DNA of 55,407 nucleotides, counting the filler, from Dirinaria sp. TL-2023a (Eukaryota), in the NCBI GenBank assembly GCA_051941275.1. It is 3 parts of 3 records of this genome, joined end to end, with 100 filler letters (N's around TTAATTAATTAA, not from the genome) between each part and the next. Parts side by side here need not be neighbours in the genome. Positions count along the whole stretch, not along the records: positions 37,049 to 55,407 come from JAVEBF010000387.1; 2 more parts are not named here. One strand, 5' to 3'. Positions 50,173 through 55,407 of the stretch are shown one piece after another. The translations under genes and the position numbers were made by a program. The notes under the pieces were generated by a model. It was given only the letters and a program-made list of their open reading frames with translations. It ran no database searches and was not told the origin of the DNA. Within the stretch, counting starts at the first letter, position 1. Each line of letters opens with the position of its first letter.

Positions 50173-50833
50173 TCATCATCATCCATATCACGGCACGATC
50201 TCCGCTATGGTTCCGTCCATTGAGATCAACCATGCGGACAAACATGGTGCTGTGCAACTTCTGATTATCTTCTAATTTTTATTTTTTTCCATGTTGTTAT
50301 TCTGCTTGAGATACCAAAGCATCCACTGTACAATGTTAATTCCTCGGTCAAGCAAAAGCAAATGGGATTTTTACGCGGGGTGGGGACTCTGCCTGTATGC
50401 GAAAGCGATATGTGTTTCCCTAAGTAAGCAACAATACCCTTGTGTCGTAGGCGCTGGGCGCTCAATCAGCTGGGATGACGATTCCCCCAGGATTGTTTGT
50501 ACATACACTATGATTATACACATGACATTTGTGATATGTTCCCCTGCATCGTGTTTCTGGTTGTCCATGCTTATCTATGCATCTGTATCTACGTATGGAC
50601 TGATTACGAGGTTACCATTGCTGTTAGGGGTTCAAGACTGTGATTCCTCGATTTAATGAATGACATTAAGCTACTGGAAACAGAATAGCAGCAGCAGCAC
50701 CGCCGACAGTCTACCGCCCCATCCACCGCCAACAACTATCGGATCACTGTACACAGCACTGTATCCCTTTGGACACCCATCCCTGACCACGAAACCCCTC
50801 GACAAGGCTGCGCACAGAACGATCCCGTCGGGC

Positions 50834-50966
50834 TCAGTGCTAGATGGGGTTTAGTCTCACTACTGTCAAAGGTAGCACAGGAATGACGTACGCCGCAGCC
50901 TGAGCATCCGCAGCTGGAACATTGGCCTTTGCAGTTGGGGCAGGAAGAGCAGCCGCAGGGAGACAT
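50834..50966 (-). CDS. Small metallothionein-like peptide MT-1, 26 aa, 8 Cys: MSPCGCSSCPNCKGQCSSCGCSGCGH
   Basis: ATG at 50966 in an ACCATG context. Exon 1 is 50966-50892. Intron GTACGT...CTAAAC...TAG spans 50891-50840. Exon 2 is CAC TGA (50839-50834). The peptide has CxC/CxxC spacing. Confidence 0.85.
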
Positions 50967-51093
50967 GGTGAAGTTGGTTGGACGTAGATTCGTCGACGGT
51001 TGAACGAAGAGATGTGCGGTTTCTTGCAGGTATGATTTGATTTGAATGGCAGGTTGTATTGAAGGAAGCTGAGCCCGCAGAAATGCTTCTCTC

Positions 51094-51099
51094 TTTATA
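51094..51099 (-). promoter_or_regulatory. Putative TATA box of MT-1
   Basis: TATAAA on the minus strand about 130 bp upstream of ATG 50966. Confidence 0.5.
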
Positions 51100-51687
51100 C
51101 ATTTTTCGGCGGCGGCACCCGACAGTCTGGCATCACCCCCACCACGCCCATACCCCTCATTTTCCCTTCGCATGATCTCGGCGAATTAGCAACTATCGAG
51201 CGAATCGGACACGCAGTTCTGCCCACCATCTGCGTAGTTTGTGCGGGTCGCCGCGGGTTCATAGGACCGAGGGTTGGTTTGCGTGGGGTCAGTGAGTGGA
51301 AAAGGAAGGAACATCAAAAAGGTGTGGTGGCACTCAGGAGGCCTGAGCACTCGGTTTCGTACTCTACATGGTCTGAATGGATCAAGGCAGCAGTTGTCAC
51401 AAGCATCCCACGACCAATGAAGCCACCCACGCTAGCTTTCCATCAATATGGCTTGGTATGAATATTGATTGGGAACTGCTTGACTACATACGGCCACACG
51501 TCATGGCCAGTCGTGTAAGTGTAAAAGCAGCTCGGAGAGCCATCGCAGCCTTTCAGAGACAGCCATAACCTTCAGAACCACACCGTCATCGCCTCGTTAT
51601 CGTACAACCATCTTCCATCTACGCCAGTATTCTGCCCTCATGGTTGAGAATCTTGGATGATCGAGGGTACTGGAAGTCGTAATCGAC

Positions 51688-51896
51688 TTCTACAGGCAAT
51701 GCTGTTAGAGACATCGGAAGCATGGACCACTGGACGCAGGTGTGACGTACATTTGCAAGTGCACTGGCCCGTCGGGCACTGGCAGGAAGATCCGCAAGAA
51801 CAAGAGCAGCCGGGACCTAAAGGTTGCACCAGTCAGAGTCCAACAACTCCACTTTACCCGTGTTCAAGGGGAAAGGCGATGGATAGACCTACCCAT
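51688..51896 (-). CDS. Small metallothionein-like peptide MT-2, 23 aa, 7 Cys: MGPGCSCSCGSSCQCPTGQCTCK
   Basis: Exon 1 is ATGG (51896-51893, AAAATGG context). Intron 1 GTAGGT..CTGAC..TAG spans 51892-51817. Exon 2 is 51816-51751. Intron 2 GTACGT..CTAAC..TAG spans 51750-51690. Exon 3 AA completes the stop T|AA. Confidence 0.85.
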
Positions 51897-52057
51897 TTTC
51901 GAATGCTTGGTAAGTGATATGTTGTTGAGTTTTGGGAAGACTTAGGTTTGGTCAAGAGGATGGTTTGTGTGGATGCTTGGTTGTGTTCGTGGTTGGGGAG
52001 TTTTGGTGGGGAGGTAAAGTAAGGCGGGTTCAAGGTTGGAAGGGCAAGTGGAAGGCC

Positions 52058-52063
52058 TTTATA
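52058..52063 (-). promoter_or_regulatory. Putative TATA box of MT-2
   Basis: TATAAA on the minus strand about 160 bp upstream of ATG 51896, followed by a C/A-rich leader typical of fungal 5' UTRs. Confidence 0.5.
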
Positions 52064-54216
52064 CCCCACAGTACTTAGTCAGCCGGTCCAGATTCTTCAC
52101 TGGGACTGGTAGTGACTACCTACTACCATAGTACTGCGTGACTGGTATCCTTAAGGGAAGGTAAGCTCGGTAAGGTAAGGTGGTTCCCCGGCTTCCACCG
52201 GAAACAGCATGAGCCACTCAAGGTACCTTGGTAGGTCGATCGCTCACTCTACCTTACCTTAAGGTACTTTCGTCATGCACGTACTTCACATCACTACTTA
52301 CTTTACTTTCTGAGCCAGGCGTGACAGTTCCTTACTGTTTTGATCTCATTTTCAACATACCGAGATCAATGTTGGAATCAACTGCTACACGATTATCAAG
52401 CTGAGTACGTGCCACAGGATACCACAATTTCGGAACAACCAAGCACACATGCTAGGCTTGTGTTCAGCGACCTACAGAATCTCCATCTACCTTATTATCC
52501 TGATCACGATTAAAATCTTACACGGCACTAAAACACAGCTGACTCTTCAACATCTCCGCGCATCATATGCGCCCAGACCACCGGCAAAGGTGTCAGGCCA
52601 TACAGATCTATTGGCTGAGCCCTCGGATCGACAAAACGTGCTCACCCGCATAAGCTGGAGTAACGTGATGAAAGGTTGGCCGAGGGCCGTCTGAAAGGAT
52701 CGTATTAGCAAACCAACTCGCCCCTCGAACGCTATGCTGCTACCGTAGGATACCTGTTGGGCCAAGGAAGGGTGCGCCGACAGCGTTCAAGGGTCCCTTC
52801 CAGAACCACCAAAGAGATTCCAGAGCAACATAATTTCCAATAACGGTGGGTTGCAAAATGCCTTGCGCCCTATTATCTAATTGCATTGCTGAAGATCGCC
52901 AACTCGCCTATGGTGACCTGTCATCGTTTTGTTCCTCGATTTCTATTCTGAAGAAGGGACTTTCGAACGGAAGTAATTGCTAAGCAGTAATGCCAGCTCT
53001 CCTCGGCCCCATGAGGTGCTGCACCTTGCACAGCGAATATGGAGGCCATATGGAGGCTAGAGGGTCCTCGAGATCACCACTAGGGTCGTAGAGTGGTTTC
53101 CCTACGAAGATGATAATCTTGGCCGAGCTCAGAACTGTATCTGCCGCCCAACAGTGACTTGCCATCCCTTTTCACCGATCAGCCTCTGACGTTGAATTCC
53201 GTTCCAGACTCGGTCTCCTTGCGCAAGGTTGGCAGTTGTCAAAGTTGGCCTCGAGTCTGAATCATGTCTGGACACCATTGGAAACGTCGCAAAACCACAT
53301 TGCAGTCTAGTATGGCTACTACATGCTTTGTAGATCACTGCTGGAGCAAGATGATGTCGGCTCGTTAGAGAAAATCTTGCCCAGACTTTGTGTTTACCCT
53401 ACTCATCAAATCCTTACTGAATCAGGTGGTTATAGAGAAGGTAGATGATGCCTGCATAAGCTATCAAACGCTTGATGAAACCGCCCTCTCAGTTTCGAGC
53501 CACATCGTCCCCACCTTATCAGCCGATAGCTCCTGAAGGAACATGGGACAAAAGCGCTGTAGAAATTCCACTGAGCGCATTGCTCAAAATCGCTCTCTGC
53601 ATGGGTATAGCTTGAAATCAGCATGCGACAATGACCAACAACCCAACGATCCAACAAAATTATGATTCACGACGCGAACGTGGTCGACGCTCACACGGTG
53701 CCTTACCTTGGCATAAACGGATTGCTACAGTAGGCTTCCAACCGTTCACGTCTATGTGCATCATTCAACGCATCACCAACTCACAGTCTAAGGCCAATCC
53801 AACCAATCAAATCAAGGACATATAAACCCTTTTTGCTTTCCTTTCATTTCCTTCAAACCTTACGGTCACGTGAGTTCAACACCAAGGCTCCCGTCAGGGT
53901 CTGCAACAACTCACCAATCAAAACCGATCTATTTCTCATCCCACTTTTGATCGACAACCCCACGTACGCGACCGAGCCGAGGGGCGGGGGGAACATAAAA
54001 CCGTCTCTCTGCTCTCCAGTCTTCCTCCATTATATTCCCTGCTGTACCACCTTCCAGCTCACCAACTTCCACCACATCCCAATAAAATTCCTCCCTCCCC
54101 AATCTAACAACCCACCTTCAAAAGTCTCCCCTCCCCGTGCCTCCTCTCCCCTGAAAGTACCTTCCAGAGCGCAAAAGAGGGGGAAAAGAACAACAACAAA
54201 AAAAGGAACAAGAAAA

Positions 54217-54805
54217 ATGCCCGCAGCCAAGCCCTCGACCTGCTGCAACCGCGCCGGCACCTGCGTCTGCGCTTCCAAGGCGACATGTTCCTGCGGCAAA
54301 CGCTCCGCCCTCGACTGCAACTGCTCCAAAGCAACGACTGAGAACGTGGTTCAGGGTGCGAGGTGCAGTTGTCGTATGTCCTTTTCCCCACCCTCCTTTT
54401 TTCCTTCTGCTGCCTTTAATAATACCTTTCCCCTTCTACTCCTTGGATCATTGTTGTAAAGAAGAAAGAAAAAGAAGTGACTGACTGATGGCATTATATC
54501 TCCAGGTGCCCGCCCCGCAGGCCAATGCACCTGCGACCGCGCGGCGACGGAGAACAAAGCCGTGCCCGCGGGCGGCGCGTGTGCGTGTGGGAAGAGAGCT
54601 AAGGGTATGTCTTCCCCCCCCCCCTTCCTCTCTTCTTCTTCTTTTGTTTAGGGGGTTGGAGGGCTTTTAACCCTCCTTTTCCCTAAAATACCTGGCTAAT
54701 CAAGAGCTGGATTATCCAGACGCATGCAGCTGCGAAAAAGCCGCCGATGGCGGGCTACGGCCGGGCGAAATCGATTTCACGACCAAGAAGGCCGTCAAGG
54801 CTTAA
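54217..54805 (+). CDS. crd2: Crd2/CmtA-like Cys-rich copper-resistance metallothionein, 113 aa (3 exons)
   Basis: Exons 54217-54373, 54506-54604 and 54720-54805 with GTATGT...CAG introns. Product: MPAAKPSTCCNRAGTCVCASKATCSCGKRSALDCNCSKATTENVVQGARCSCRARPAGQCTCDRAATENKAVPAGGACACGKRAKDACSCEKAADGGLRPGEIDFTTKKAVKA. It has three CxC..CxC..A repeats and an EIDFT tail. Confidence 0.9.
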
Positions 54806-55407
54806 TTGAGCCCCGATTCGATCCCCCATCCCCTTGCCTGCTTCGCCTGAATACTGTCTACTGTACCTTACGGTAAAGGACGGGAGGGGTTGAGTACGCA
54901 GGGATATTGGAACAAATAAAAAAATAAAAAAAAAAAAAAAATTAAAGGGGGAATGGGAAGGTATGGTTAGGTGGATGGATTTAAAGGGGAAAGGGGAGCA
55001 TGCATGCATGTATTGTAGGTTACTGGGTACTGGTTTACACTGAGTAAAGTAGGTACTGGGGAAATACAAATGATTTTATTATTTCAATTTTTTTTTTTGG
55101 GTTTTTTTTTTGTGATTTTTGGTTCGAAAAGTTGTGCACTACGTGAATATTGTTGTTTTGAGATTCGGGCGTTGCTGAGGTATTGAGTTGGATATTTATT
55201 TGCTATTTGCTGGGCTGTTATGGTACCCCGTTCCGGGTTTTTTCCACCCTTCGACCCCCTTCGACTGAGTAAGTGGTGTATACATACACATACAGCCCCG
55301 CGGTAAAGATTCAGGATGATGGTTTCAAACTCCCAGGCCCTTGATTTGACTGTAGACCGACCTTTATGCATACACGCATATATGCAAAGTATTGAAGATC
55401 AAAGATC

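Noticed and set aside
52395..52404. ATCAAGCTGA, matching a degenerate Ace1/AceA-type copper-response element between MT-2 and crd2
   Set aside because: The consensus is too degenerate for a single match to be meaningful without conservation or binding data.

Overview
This is eukaryotic DNA from a filamentous ascomycete (Pezizomycotina, judged from gene families and short GT-AG introns with CTRAY branch sites). A lichen-forming lineage is possible but cannot be shown from sequence alone. Two 100-bp N gaps, each carrying a TTAATTAATTAA linker, split the window into three contigs. The left part holds an aromatic-metabolism or detoxification neighbourhood: Zn2Cys6 transcription factor, P450, Dabb protein, GT32 mannosyltransferase, 2,3-DHBA-type decarboxylase and Tri12-like MFS transporter, with a stop-interrupted secreted-protein gene upstream. 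The middle holds Nup98-Nup96, PhoD phosphatase, a heme-thiolate peroxygenase divergent from a frameshifted phenolic-acid decarboxylase, a hairpin-rich 68-bp tandem repeat and an uncharacterised membrane protein. The right part holds AP-2 alpha, glucosidase II beta and a 1323-aa disordered protein. The best find is a compact cluster of three different metallothionein-type genes (26, 23 and 113 aa) in about 4 kb. All three are intron-split and none is recovered intact by the ORF track. Other notable points are a candidate CUG-initiated N-terminal extension of AP-2 alpha, a GC-AG intron, a stop codon made only by splicing, and enriched intergenic motifs (TACCTTA, TACTCCGTAC).
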